Assembly (NCBI GenBank): GCA_963834385.1
Contig: CAWIBO010000003.1
Span: forward strand, 451,313-515,312
Length of the DNA: 64,000 bases
Direction: 5' to 3'
From: an uncultured Verrucomicrobiae bacterium
GTDB lineage: Bacteria > Verrucomicrobiota > Verrucomicrobiia > Chthoniobacterales > UBA10450
The notes under the pieces were generated by a model. The model saw nothing but the letters and a program-made list of their open reading frames with translations, had not been told where the DNA came from and searched no databases. A program made the position numbers and the translations under genes. This document shows positions 9,385-19,508 of this stretch, piece after piece; positions within the stretch are counted from its first letter, which is position 1, and each line of letters opens with the position of its first letter.

Positions 9385-11106
9385 ATGGACTTCAAGAGAT
9401 TCCTGATCGAACTGAAGCGTCGTCGCGTCGGTAAAGCCGGCCTCGGCTACGCGGTCGTGGCCTGGCTGCTTTTGCAGCTGGCTTCCATTCTTTTCCCCGC
9501 CTTCGAGGCGCCGCCCTGGGTCATGAAGGTGTTCATCAGCGTTGTCGTTTTCGGCTTTGCCGTGGTGCTGGTGCTTGCCTGGGCTTTTGATCTCACGCCG
9601 GAAGGGATTCGCCGGACCGGCGCGGACGGGGGCGGCAGCCTTGCGCCGCGGCCTGGCCGACGCGCCCTGACCGTTGTCATCTCCCTGGCGGCCGCGGCGG
9701 CGGCCATTTTGTTTGTTTACTCCCGTTTTGCCTCGGCCCCGGTCGCTTCCGAGCGTTCCCTCGCGGTTCTTCCGCTGGTGAACCAAAGCGGAGACGCCGC
9801 CCAGGAATATTTTTCCGACGGGCTTTCCGAGGAATTGATCAACAGCCTGGGGCAGATTCGGGAACTGCAGGTGGTGGGCCGCAATTCCTCCTTTAGCTTC
9901 AAGGGCAAAAGCGGCGACTCCCGCGCCATCGCCCGCGCCCTCGGGGTGGCCAATCTGCTGGAAGGAAGCGTGCGCAGAGCCGGCGACCGCGTCCGCATCA
10001 CGGTAGCGCTGGTTGACGCCGCCACCGGCAATCAGCGATGGGCGCAAACTTACGATCGCGAGTTTGAGGACATCTTCACGGTGCAGGAGCAGATCGCGCG
10101 TGCGGTGGCGGAAGAGCTCCGGGTGACGCTTGTCCGCGATAATTTGGCCGCCTCGGCCCGGCCCAGCAACGGCAGCATGGAGGCTTACAACGCTTACCTG
10201 GAGGCGGGCCTGCCCAGCCGGTCCAGTATGCCCGAGGACATCAGGCGAACAATCACCCTGCTGGATGAGGCGCTCCGGCATGATCCGAATTATGCTGAAG
10301 CCTTCGCGCTTAAGGCGCTCGCCTGGGCGCAGCTTGGTTCGCTCAAGGGCGTGCATGGACGGAAGGAACTGGAGGAAGCCCGGGCGGCGGCAGCCAGGGC
10401 GCTGGCCATCAAACCGGATCTGTCCCGGGCGAAGGGAGCCATGGCCTACATTGTGGTCCTGGCCGACTGGAATCTCCCGGCGGCGCAAGCGCTTCTGGAA
10501 TCGAACGCCGATGCTTCAACGCCGCGGAACATGCTCGCCAATTTCAAAGCGGCCCAGGGAAAGCATGCCGAAGCGTTGCGGTTGCAGCAGCAGGCGGTGG
10601 CGCTCGATCCGGTTTTTGGCTTGTTTCGTCGCAATCTCGCCTTCCGTTACATCTCGGTGGAACGTTACGCGGAGGCTGAAACGGAATTGCGGCGCGCCCT
10701 TGAACTGCAGCCTCGCGCCGCGGGCATTCACCACGACATCGCGATTCTCGCCCTCTTGCAGGGGGACCCCGGGACGGCCCTCCAGGAAGCACGCCTGGAA
10801 ACGAGCGAAACCTTTCGGGATGTCGCGCTTGCCCTTGCCCTCGCGGCCGGCCCTGATCGGGCGGCGGCCGATGCCGCCCTTATCCACCTGGTCAAGGCAC
10901 GCGGGGAGGAAGCGCCTTTCCGCGTCGCGGGCGTTTTCGCGTTCCGGCGCGAACCGGACAAGGTTTTCGAATGGCTGGAACGAGCCGAGGCCCTGCGCGA
11001 TCCGCGTTTGATCACGCTGCTGGCCGACCCGCTCTTTCGCCCGTATTATTCCGACCCGCGTTTCGCCGACCTCTGCCGGAGGCTCGGTGTGCCGCCTCCA
11101 GTCTGA
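9385..11106 (+). CDS. Membrane-anchored TolB-like/TPR protein
   Basis: ELKRRRV...[11 protein letters not shown]-terminal TM module; [13 protein letters not shown]...[11 protein letters not shown]...[13 protein letters not shown]; TPRs; DPRFADL C-terminus. Confidence 0.8.
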   Translation: MDFKRFLIELKRRRVGKAGLGYAVVAWLLLQLASILFPAFEAPPWVMKVFISVVVFGFAVVLVLAWAFDLTPEGIRRTGADGGGSLAPRPGRRALTVVISLAAAAAAILFVYSRFASAPVASERSLAVLPLVNQSGDAAQEYFSDGLSEELINSLGQIRELQVVGRNSSFSFKGKSGDSRAIARALGVANLLEGSVRRAGDRVRITVALVDAATGNQRWAQTYDREFEDIFTVQEQIARAVAEELRVTLVRDNLAASARPSNGSMEAYNAYLEAGLPSRSSMPEDIRRTITLLDEALRHDPNYAEAFALKALAWAQLGSLKGVHGRKELEEARAAAARALAIKPDLSRAKGAMAYIVVLADWNLPAAQALLESNADASTPRNMLANFKAAQGKHAEALRLQQQAVALDPVFGLFRRNLAFRYISVERYAEAETELRRALELQPRAAGIHHDIAILALLQGDPGTALQEARLETSETFRDVALALALAAGPDRAAADAALIHLVKARGEEAPFRVAGVFAFRREPDKVFEWLERAEALRDPRLITLLADPLFRPYYSDPRFADLCRRLGVPPPV

Positions 11107-11124
11107 CGCCCCTTATTTCCGAAG

Positions 11125-13149
11125 ATGTCCTTCTTGCAAGAGCTCAAACGCCGCCACGTCTACAAAGTCGCGGCCGCCTACGTCGTGGTCGCCTGGCTGA
11201 TCACTCAGGTGGTGACGCAGACGTTTCCTTTTTTTGAGATCCCGAATTGGGCGGTGCGGCTTGTCGTTCTTCTTCTTGGGCTCGGGTTTCCCGTCGCGCT
11301 TGTTCTGGCCTGGGCCTACGACATCACCCCGGCGGGCGTGCAACGGGCACAGGCGACCGGCGAAGCCGGGCCGGCGCCATCGGCGCGGGGATCGCGCCTC
11401 TGGCTTTATGTGGTGCTGGTGGGCCTGGCCGTTTCGCTGGGCCTCTTTTTCCTCGGGCGCGCCACCGCGCCGCGCGGAGCCGAGGCGCCCGCCATTACCG
11501 AAAAATCTGTTGCGGTGCTTCCATTTGAAAGCCTGAGCGAGGACAAGGCGAATGCCTATTTCGCCGACGGCATCCAGGACGAGATCATCACGCGCCTGGC
11601 GAAGGTGGAGGAACTCAAAGTCATCTCGCGCACCTCCACCCTGAATTACCGGGAGAAGCGCCCGAAGATGGAGGAGATCGGCCGGCAACTGGGCGTGGCT
11701 TACCTGGTCGAGGGCAGCATCCAGAAAGCCGGGAGCCGGGTGCGCATGAACGTGCAGTTGATCGAGGCGCCGACTGATCGTCATCTTTGGGCGGAATCGT
11801 TTGATCGCGAGTTGCACGATATCTTCGCGGTCGAAAGCGAGCTGGCGGAGAAGATCGCACGGTCGCTTCAGGCCACCCTCAGCGGGCGCGAGGAGGAGGA
11901 AATTGCGGCGCGGCCGACCTCGAATCCGGAGGCTTACGACGCGTTTCTGCGCGGGCTGGCCAGTTGGAACACACTCAATACCAGTCTCGAGGGGATGCGG
12001 GCCACCACCGCGCATTTTGCCCGGGCGGTCGAACTGGATTCCCGTTTTGCCCTCGCCTGGGCCTATCTTTCGGCCAGCCACACGATTTATTATGCGGAGG
12101 CCGATCGCTCCCCGGCGCAGCTGGCCCGCGCCCGGGAGGCGGTGGATCGCGCGGTGGCTTTGAATCCGAACCTTGGCGAAGTCGCCTTTGCCCGGGGACT
12201 CTACGAATACCGCGGAAGGCAGGATTACGAGAAGGCGCTCGAATTTCTCGGGCAGGCTTCGGCGCAGGGCTCCAATCGCGTCGCCGCCCTTGAGTTCATG
12301 GCCTATGTGAAACGGCGGCAGGGCAAGTGGGAGGAAGCGTTGGAGATTCACCGGCGCACCCTCGACCTTGATCCGCGGAACATCATCATTCTCTCGGAAG
12401 CGGCGGTCACCTTCCGCGCCCTGCGCCGCTTCGAGGAGCAGCGCGCGATGCTGGATCGCGCGCTGGCCCTGGAGCCGGCGAACACGGTTCTCCTCACCGC
12501 CATGGCGGAATCCCATGCCGCCACCGGCGACCTGAACAAAACCCAGGAGTTCCTGGCACGCATCCCGGCAGGGGAGCGGAACAGCGACAGCGAAATCATC
12601 GCCGGCCGGGTGCTTTATCATTTTTACCTCCGCGATTACCGGGGGGCACTCGACGCCCTGCGGGAGGCACTCGACACCACGGAAATTTCCCGGGCTGAGC
12701 GCGCGGTTCTCGGCGGCTGGGTCGGCCTTGTCCTGGCTTCGCAGGGGCAGAAGGAAGCGGCCCGTCCCCATTTGCTCAAGGCGCGCGGTGAGTTGCAGGA
12801 AATCCAGGACATGGAAACCCAGCCAACCTATGTCGCGCGGGAATTGATCATCATCGCCGCGTTCCTCGGGGATGAGGAAACCGTCAAACGGGAAGCCGCC
12901 TACATGCAACCCGTCCTGGCCAGCGATGCCCTGGAAGGACCGCTCTTTGCCTGGTCGATTGCCGTGGCGCATGCCCATCTCGGGCAAACGGAGGCGGCCC
13001 TGGATCAGCTCGCCGAGACCCTGAGAGTGCCCGGCGAACTGGCGGTGACCCGAGAATTGCTCAAGCTCGATCCTCTCTGGGACCCGATCCGGTCCGATCC
13101 GCGCTTCAAAAAACTGACGGAAGAGCCGGCGGACGCTGCAGCTCGTTAA
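11125..13149 (+). CDS. Membrane-anchored TolB-like/TPR protein (paralog of the upstream gene)
   Basis: ELKRRHVYKV TM module; SVAVLPFESLSED...YFADGIQDEI; TPRs; DPLWDPIRSDPRF. Confidence 0.8.
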   Translation: MSFLQELKRRHVYKVAAAYVVVAWLITQVVTQTFPFFEIPNWAVRLVVLLLGLGFPVALVLAWAYDITPAGVQRAQATGEAGPAPSARGSRLWLYVVLVGLAVSLGLFFLGRATAPRGAEAPAITEKSVAVLPFESLSEDKANAYFADGIQDEIITRLAKVEELKVISRTSTLNYREKRPKMEEIGRQLGVAYLVEGSIQKAGSRVRMNVQLIEAPTDRHLWAESFDRELHDIFAVESELAEKIARSLQATLSGREEEEIAARPTSNPEAYDAFLRGLASWNTLNTSLEGMRATTAHFARAVELDSRFALAWAYLSASHTIYYAEADRSPAQLARAREAVDRAVALNPNLGEVAFARGLYEYRGRQDYEKALEFLGQASAQGSNRVAALEFMAYVKRRQGKWEEALEIHRRTLDLDPRNIIILSEAAVTFRALRRFEEQRAMLDRALALEPANTVLLTAMAESHAATGDLNKTQEFLARIPAGERNSDSEIIAGRVLYHFYLRDYRGALDALREALDTTEISRAERAVLGGWVGLVLASQGQKEAARPHLLKARGELQEIQDMETQPTYVARELIIIAAFLGDEETVKREAAYMQPVLASDALEGPLFAWSIAVAHAHLGQTEAALDQLAETLRVPGELAVTRELLKLDPLWDPIRSDPRFKKLTEEPADAAAR

Positions 13150-14602
13150 AGGCCGCCCCGAGATTGGCGATCACATCGCGGGCCAGAAGCGATTCGGCGC
13201 TTTGACCACCATGAAAAATGGCCAGCTCAGCCGCGCGCCCGCAGACCCACGCGCCGACACGGGCGGCATCGCAGGGGGAGAGGGACTGCGCCAGCAAGGC
13301 GGCGCACACCCCGGTGAGGACATCGCCCATCCCGCCGCTCGCCATCCCGGGATGACCGGTCGTGTTGAAACTCGGCGGTTGCCCCTGCTCCGCGACAATG
13401 GTGCGACTGCCTTTCAAAAGAAGCGTGACCGGATGCTTCGCCACGAAGGCGCGTGCTTCCTCCAGCCGGTCGCCCGGTTCGTGCCCGCAAAGCCGTTTCA
13501 TTTCGCCCGGGTGCGGTGTCAGGAGCCGCGGCCCGGCGCAACGCTGCAAAAGTTCCGTCGCGCCCGCGAGGGCGTTGAGCCCATCGGCGTCGATCACCAT
13601 GGGTGGCCGCAACTGCTCGATCAGCGCGCGAATGTCGTCGCGCTCTGACGCCCCCAGGCCAGGCCCAAGCGCCCAGGCCGCAATTTCCACATCGGTCTCG
13701 AGAAGATCGCGCAACGAATCGATCGGACGCACCATGGCCTCCATCGGGGCGGCCGTCGCGACGATGGCGTAGATGGGTTCCGGCACGAAGAGATTGACCA
13801 GGCCCGCTCCGCCGCGCAGCGCGCCTTCCGCGCAGAGAAGGGCCGCTCCCGAAAGACCGCGGGAGCCGGCGACAATGCCGACGCGCCCATACTGGTTCTT
13901 GTAGGAACCGAAAGGCCGGCGCGGCAGCAGTCCGCGCAGGCTGCCCGGTGTGGCCACCACGGCGGCGGGCGCGGATGCAGGCGCAGAAAGATCAGGGAGG
14001 GGGATGACCTCGAGTCGGCCGACAAAATCGAGGGCGGCATCGGCCAGCAGGCCGCGCTTGGCATAACCAATGGCGAACGTTGTGTCCGCGCGCACGGTAT
14101 CGGGATCACTGGTGCCCGTGTCGCCGTCCAGACCGCTTGGGAGATCAAGGGCGGCAATCCAGGCGCCCTCTGCGCGCAACCGGTTGATCTCGCGGCAGGC
14201 GGCGCGCACGGGTTCGCGCAGGGGCGGCTTGGCGCCAAGGCCAAGCAAACCATCGAGCACCACCAGCGGCCTGGCCCGTTGTGACGGCGATTCCGTCGCG
14301 GAAGGCAGCCTGGCCAGGTTCTCCTGCAGGAGCGCGCTCGATTCTGCCTTCGGGAAAATCAGATGGAGCTGCACCGACCAGCCCGCTTCACGCAGATGCC
14401 GCCCTGCCACCACGGCATCGCCGCCGTTGTTTCCCTTGCCGGCAAAGATCACGCAGCGGCCCGGGTCAGGAAATTGGCGCCCAATAAATTCCGCCACGCC
14501 GGCCCCGGCCTGCTCCATGAGGGCGCTCGCGGAGATTCCCCGGGCAAAGGCCGCTTCCTCGCTGGCCCGCATTTCCGTCACGCTGAGGACGGGAGAGTTC
14601 AC
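13106..14602 (-). CDS. nnr: Bifunctional NAD(P)H-hydrate epimerase/dehydratase
   Basis: LMEQAG, GKGNNGGDA, DLPSG, GPGLG, DADGLN, LTPHPGEM, GGMGDVLTG; GTG start overlaps the upstream stop (GTGA). Confidence 0.9.
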   Translation of the reverse strand: MNSPVLSVTEMRASEEAAFARGISASALMEQAGAGVAEFIGRQFPDPGRCVIFAGKGNNGGDAVVAGRHLREAGWSVQLHLIFPKAESSALLQENLARLPSATESPSQRARPLVVLDGLLGLGAKPPLREPVRAACREINRLRAEGAWIAALDLPSGLDGDTGTSDPDTVRADTTFAIGYAKRGLLADAALDFVGRLEVIPLPDLSAPASAPAAVVATPGSLRGLLPRRPFGSYKNQYGRVGIVAGSRGLSGAALLCAEGALRGGAGLVNLFVPEPIYAIVATAAPMEAMVRPIDSLRDLLETDVEIAAWALGPGLGASERDDIRALIEQLRPPMVIDADGLNALAGATELLQRCAGPRLLTPHPGEMKRLCGHEPGDRLEEARAFVAKHPVTLLLKGSRTIVAEQGQPPSFNTTGHPGMASGGMGDVLTGVCAALLAQSLSPCDAARVGAWVCGRAAELAIFHGGQSAESLLARDVIANLGAAFNELQRPPALPSVF

Positions 14603-15417
14603 CTCGAACTGCTTTTTTTCTTCGAGCTGCTCTTCTTTTTCGTGGATTTCTTGCTGCGCGAACGCTTCGCCTTTCGGCCACGCGAGCGAGTGGGCGCGGA
14701 GCGGACAAAGTCGGAGCGTGAACCAATATTGTAGGTCACGGCGGAGAAAGGCTGCGACGGCGGGGTGAAGGCGGCGGAGCGGTTCGCGGAGGAGGCAGGC
14801 CGCCCGATGATGCCGCGGGCAATGTTGCTCGCGAGCTGGTCGCGATAGGCGGCGCTTTGCGCGAGGCGCGCCTCGTAGGGATTGGTCAGGAAACCGCATT
14901 CCACCAGGACGGAGGGACGGGAATTGCGGCGCAGGACATAGTAGCCGCGCCGGCGAATGCCGCGGTTTCCCGTGGGCGTCCCGGCGACGACGTTACGATG
15001 GATGAGCGCGGCCAGTCCGGCGCTCTGGCTGCTGTAATAATAGGTCTCAACTCCCTGCGCGCCCGCCCGGCGCGCGGAATTGAAGTGGACGGAAACGAAT
15101 ATGGAATTCCGCTGGGAATTGGAAATGCCAACGCGACGCCCGAGTGAAACGAAGTAGTCGCCGTCGCGGGTCATGATGGTTCGGTAACCGGCCGCCTGAA
15201 GTTTACGGCGCAGCCGCTGGGCCACGTCGAGCGCCATGGCTTTTTCCGAGACTCGCTGGCGCGGGATGCCGCCGCGGTCATGGCCGCCGTGGCCGGCATC
15301 GATCACCACGGTGTTGAAGCGCAGGGTCTGGGCGGACAGGCCGGGGAGGCCGAGCCCGCACGCGAGAAATGCGATGAGCGCGGCCGCGCAGAGACCGGGA
15401 CGGGCGGGACAGGTCAT
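14599..15417 (-). CDS. N-acetylmuramoyl-L-alanine amidase (Amidase_3) with basic K/S tail
   Basis: VVIDAGHGGHD, EKAMAL, FVSVHFNS, VLVECGFLTN; signal peptide. Confidence 0.9.
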   Translation of the reverse strand: MTCPARPGLCAAALIAFLACGLGLPGLSAQTLRFNTVVIDAGHGGHDRGGIPRQRVSEKAMALDVAQRLRRKLQAAGYRTIMTRDGDYFVSLGRRVGISNSQRNSIFVSVHFNSARRAGAQGVETYYYSSQSAGLAALIHRNVVAGTPTGNRGIRRRGYYVLRRNSRPSVLVECGFLTNPYEARLAQSAAYRDQLASNIARGIIGRPASSANRSAAFTPPSQPFSAVTYNIGSRSDFVRSAPTRSRGRKAKRSRSKKSTKKKSSSKKKSSSR

Positions 15418-16283
15418 TCCGGAAGTTCGTCGGCCGAATCGACCGGGCGGTTGGAAAGTTTCGGGAGATCAGCCCGCTGAGCGGCCGGCTGGTCGAGGAC
15501 GCCACCGAAAACGGCCACCCGGCCGTCCGTTTTGCGCCGGAGCCGGGGCATCGACCGTGTTTGCAGGATGGTTTTGCGCTGGAGCAGTTCGCCGTTCAGG
15601 CCGACCTGGGTATAGGACCAGGTGCGAGGCGCGCCGCAATGCAGGACGTGGAGCCGGTTTTCCTGATCGATTTCCACCTGGGGTTGCTCGAAGGAAATGA
15701 CGCGCCCGAGCGGGAAGGTGGAATAAACCACGCCGCTGTCCCGGTCCTCCACGCGGACATAAAGCGAGGTGTAGGTGGGAAAACGATTGGTCATGAGGGA
15801 ATAGGTGCGGGTGTTGCCGGCCGGTTCGTCGGGCAGGCCCACCGTCTTTTGCCAGAGTGCGCGCGCGTCCGTGATCTTGAAGACGCGGGCCTTGGAATAG
15901 AAATGTTTTCCGAGATCGGCGAAGTAGACGTTGGCGCGCACCCGGTAGGTGCCGAAGTCGTGGATGGGGTAGAGGGGGGAAAGGTTGATCTTGCGTGAGA
16001 CCGTCTGGCCCGCCGGAATGTTCAAGGGAGCCTCGGGCGCGACTTTCCGCGAAGGACCGACGGGGCGTTCCTCCGCCGCCATCACTTCAAAGCCGAACCA
16101 GTCCTGGCCGCGATCGTTGCGCAGCTCGATGTCGCGCCCGGCGAGGTTGGTGATTTCCAGCGTGGCCATGAGCGGCTCGTAGGCGATGTACTGCAGACGC
16201 TTCAGTTTCAAATCAACCTGCACCTGCGCCTGCAGGGAGCCCGTTCCGAGCAGAAACAGGCAAAGGAGCAGACGAAATCTCAT
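15414..16283 (-). CDS. Hypothetical exported protein
   Basis: 289-aa ORF with signal peptide; stop overlaps the amidase start (ATGA). Confidence 0.7.
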   Translation of the reverse strand: MRFRLLLCLFLLGTGSLQAQVQVDLKLKRLQYIAYEPLMATLEITNLAGRDIELRNDRGQDWFGFEVMAAEERPVGPSRKVAPEAPLNIPAGQTVSRKINLSPLYPIHDFGTYRVRANVYFADLGKHFYSKARVFKITDARALWQKTVGLPDEPAGNTRTYSLMTNRFPTYTSLYVRVEDRDSGVVYSTFPLGRVISFEQPQVEIDQENRLHVLHCGAPRTWSYTQVGLNGELLQRKTILQTRSMPRLRRKTDGRVAVFGGVLDQPAAQRADLPKLSNRPVDSADELPE

Positions 16284-16365
16284 CGCGGCCTATCATAGCG
16301 CAACTCGCGGGGGATGGAAGCGCGGAGGGCGAGCCCGCCGTATTTTGCGAGCGCGCGCCCGCGGC

Positions 16366-17733
16366 TCAACGCGCGCCGGCGGTCGCGGTGAGGGCGCGCC
16401 GGTCGATCTTGCCGGTCTCTTCGGCAAGCGCCTGCCAGGTGGTGAAACCGGCGGCGCCGATGGTTTGCATCCGGTTGATCAGGCGCGGAATGATCCCGGG
16501 TCCCGGGACCGTCCGCGTCATCATCGGGGTGAGCAGGCGGCCCAGCGTCTGGATTTCCGATTGCTCATTGGCCACGAGTTGTTCCGAGTCGGCCACCGCG
16601 GGATTGACCAGGCGGGTGGTTCCGTCGGCCGCGAGAACGATTCCTTCCGCGGTGATCGGGAGCCGCGCAATCCGCCGCTGCTGCAAATAGGCGGCCGCCT
16701 CGGCCACCGCGTTGATCATCTCGAAGGCAATCGCCTCGGTCATCTTGAGGTTGCGCGCCTGTCGTTCCGCCAGGGTCTCGCCCGTGATTAACTCGCGCGC
16801 GCAGAAAACCGTCCCCTCATGCTCGCCTGCTTCGTATACGGAAATAATGCGCGGATGCTGCACATTCGCCCGCGCGCGCGCCTCTGCCATGAACTCGGCC
16901 ACGCGGGCGGCGTCCCGCCGCAGCTCGTCGCGCAGAATAACCAGCGCCACCGTCCGGTCGACCCCGGCCTGGGTGGCGGCATAAATCCGGCCCCAGCTTT
17001 CCTCGCCGAGACGCTCGCCCACTTCATAGGGGCCGAGACGGCGCCCGCTCCATTCCTCCGCCGCGGGTGCGCCCAGCTTTTGCTGCTTGTGCCGCAGCAC
17101 CGCGTCGATCAGGACCTTGTCCCATTTCTCGGTGATCGACCGCGACGGCGGGGTCACGGAATGGTCGTAGGCGAACTCCACCATTTCCCACCCGACCAAT
17201 TCGAAAAGAGCTTCCGCACCGGTGCGGCGGCCGGGCGCCTCCGCTTCCGTGATCTGTCCCTCTTCGAGAAAAACCATTCCGGCTTCCTCGCCCCGCACCA
17301 GTTGCACCGCGCCGTTGCGCCCGCTCAGGCAGCACATCTGCAGGACGTCAACGACGTGGAAAAGATCGGGGCCGCTGCCTCCGCTCGCTTCCGCCCGCCG
17401 CAGGGCCTCGAGCAGACCGGCGCCGTCGATCGGCTCTGGAAAAACCTTTCGTTCCCGCACTTCCAGGCGTTCCTCCGCCGCGGGATAGGCGGGCAGAAAG
17501 GCCGTCTGCAGGCGCGGAAAAAATTCACTGAGAGCGCCGCCGAGGCTGAGGCCGTCGAGGCCGGGGCCATCCAGTTCCGCGAGGAGAAAGTCGCAGGATT
17601 CCGCCTGGCGGGCCCAGGCGAGGGCGGCCTCGTTCCCGGACAGCAGCTCGGCGGTGTGGCCGGTAAATTCTTTCACCATCTGCAGCAGCTGCGCGCCCAG
17701 GCTCGCGTCGCTGTGCACAATGAGCAGTTGCAT
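16366..17733 (-). CDS. Receiver-like + DUF4388-like + Ser/Thr pseudokinase multidomain protein
   Basis: N-terminal REC-like fold; DVLQMCCLSGRNG...GMVFLEEGQITEA (DUF4388-like); GPYEVGERLG...HPRIISVYEAG kinase N-lobe. Confidence 0.7.
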   Translation of the reverse strand: MQLLIVHSDASLGAQLLQMVKEFTGHTAELLSGNEAALAWARQAESCDFLLAELDGPGLDGLSLGGALSEFFPRLQTAFLPAYPAAEERLEVRERKVFPEPIDGAGLLEALRRAEASGGSGPDLFHVVDVLQMCCLSGRNGAVQLVRGEEAGMVFLEEGQITEAEAPGRRTGAEALFELVGWEMVEFAYDHSVTPPSRSITEKWDKVLIDAVLRHKQQKLGAPAAEEWSGRRLGPYEVGERLGEESWGRIYAATQAGVDRTVALVILRDELRRDAARVAEFMAEARARANVQHPRIISVYEAGEHEGTVFCARELITGETLAERQARNLKMTEAIAFEMINAVAEAAAYLQQRRIARLPITAEGIVLAADGTTRLVNPAVADSEQLVANEQSEIQTLGRLLTPMMTRTVPGPGIIPRLINRMQTIGAAGFTTWQALAEETGKIDRRALTATAGAR

Positions 17734-18846
17734 CAGTTGGAGGGAGCGATGTGCGGCGGCGGGAAAAGGTTGAGCAGCTTGGTCGGTTCCGCGCGAACGG
17801 ACTGGAGCTGATCATTGTAGTATACCCGCACGATATAACCGAAGTAACTTTCTGGTCCCGCCCTCGGCCGTTTCCGCGACCGGTGGCGGCGTGGGATTCT
17901 TCTTTCCCGGCACGGGCGGCTTGACCGCGGCAGCCGCGGCGGTGATGGCGGCCTCGGAGGTGGAGGAATCCTGGCGTGGCCGCAGATAGGTGACGGCGAG
18001 CACTTCCGGGTTGGCTTCCTTCCAGTCGTGATTGGGCGTGACCCATTCGTAATTGACCTCGGCGTTGGTCAACACCGGCCCCTTGTTATCGACGAGGTCG
18101 TAGAAGAAGACCTGGATCTTGACCCGGGTGGAATCGATCACGGTGGCAGGCCGCTTCTTGATTCCCACCCGCAGAACGAGCTTGGTTTCCGCGTCGGGAT
18201 CCTGCACCCCCATGGGAGTCACCTCCGTGATGGCGAAAGTGGAACCTTCCGGGATGCCCTCGACATCGCTGCGGGCCGCCTCGGAGGGGACGGCCGGAGC
18301 GGCCAGGGCGGTGGAGGGGAGCACGCCGACTTTGAGTTTCATGTCCGCCAGTTCGTAAAGCGGGCCGGCGCCGGGGCCGATCTCCTGCAGGCGGCGCCAG
18401 CTTTCGTTCGATTTGTTGAAGAGATGAATGTTCTCGTAGGTGAGGGCGAGCTCGGCCAGGGCGGTGGCGTTGCGGCTGTCGGCCTGCACGGCCTCCTGCA
18501 ATTTGGCAAGCGCGTTGGTCGTGTCGCCCCGCTGCCGTTGCTCGATGGCTTCGCGGATCAGGCGGTCCGCTGCGGGTTCCGCGGCGGGAGGGGCGGGTGC
18601 GGTCACCGGCGTTTGCGCCGTGGTGGCGATCTCGGGCGCGGCCGCGGTGGGGAGCGGCGCCGCCGTGGCGGCAGGGGAAGGAACCGCGGTGACGCTGGGG
18701 GCGACGGCCTGGCCCCCCCGGCCCCGGGTGGCGTAGTGATAGGCCACCGTGCAAAGTTCCGCCGCGCCAAGGAGCACCAGGGCCGTGACCGCAATGGTGA
18801 AATTGCGGTCGGCCCGGAAGGTGGAGGCGACACTGGTGGCGGACAT
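17733..18846 (-). CDS. Membrane-anchored TPR protein; +1 frameshift near 17846
   Basis: TM, Pro/Ala linker, TPR helices; the shifted frame continues YFGYIVRVYYNDQLQ...PSN* with a stop overlapping the next ATG. Confidence 0.65.
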
Positions 18847-18899
18847 GGGGAGAGGAAACTAAGGAGAGCGGCCGATGCTCGTCAACTGACGAGCCGTCC

Positions 18900-19370
18900 T
18901 CAGCGCGAGATGTCTTCCTGACTGAGCAGCTTGAAGCCCTGCCCCTGCAGCACGGAAGAGGCACACTCCGCGTCGTCCACATGGACAGCCAGGGCCGCGT
19001 AGCCGTGCGGACGGGTCAGGAGCGGATAACTGAAATGAACGTTGACCTCCGCCATGAGCAGCGCCGCCAGGAGCTTGGAAAGCTCGGTCGCCACTTCCTT
19101 GATCTCGACCACCACCATCTGGCAGGTGCCGTAGGCGATGTCGTGTTCCCGGAAGATGTCCTCCACCTGCTCCGGGTCGCTGACGAGAACGCGGGCGATG
19201 GCGGAGTCGGTCGATTCCGCCACGGTCAACGCGACCACGTGCGTGTGGTGCGTGTTGAGCAGCTTCACGATGTCGAGAAGCGCGCCGACCTTGTTGGGCA
19301 GGAAGATGGAGAACTGCGTGACGAGCGGCCCGCCTGTGCGGGAAGTTGTTTCAGGAACGCCTTGAGCCAT
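18900..19370 (-). CDS. Tandem ACT-domain protein
   Basis: QFSIFLPNKVGAL...AEVNVHFSYPLL. Confidence 0.8.
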   Translation of the reverse strand: MAQGVPETTSRTGGPLVTQFSIFLPNKVGALLDIVKLLNTHHTHVVALTVAESTDSAIARVLVSDPEQVEDIFREHDIAYGTCQMVVVEIKEVATELSKLLAALLMAEVNVHFSYPLLTRPHGYAALAVHVDDAECASSVLQGQGFKLLSQEDISR

Positions 19371-19508
19371 TGGTAAAAGAGCCTCGCCCGACCACGAGCG
19401 CGAGGGCGACAGTATGTCGTTGCCGGAAATTGCTTTGCAAATGAATATTGGCGCCGGCGCGCCATTCGGCTGTTCAAATGGAGGGAGCGTTCTAGATTCG
19501 GACTTTTC

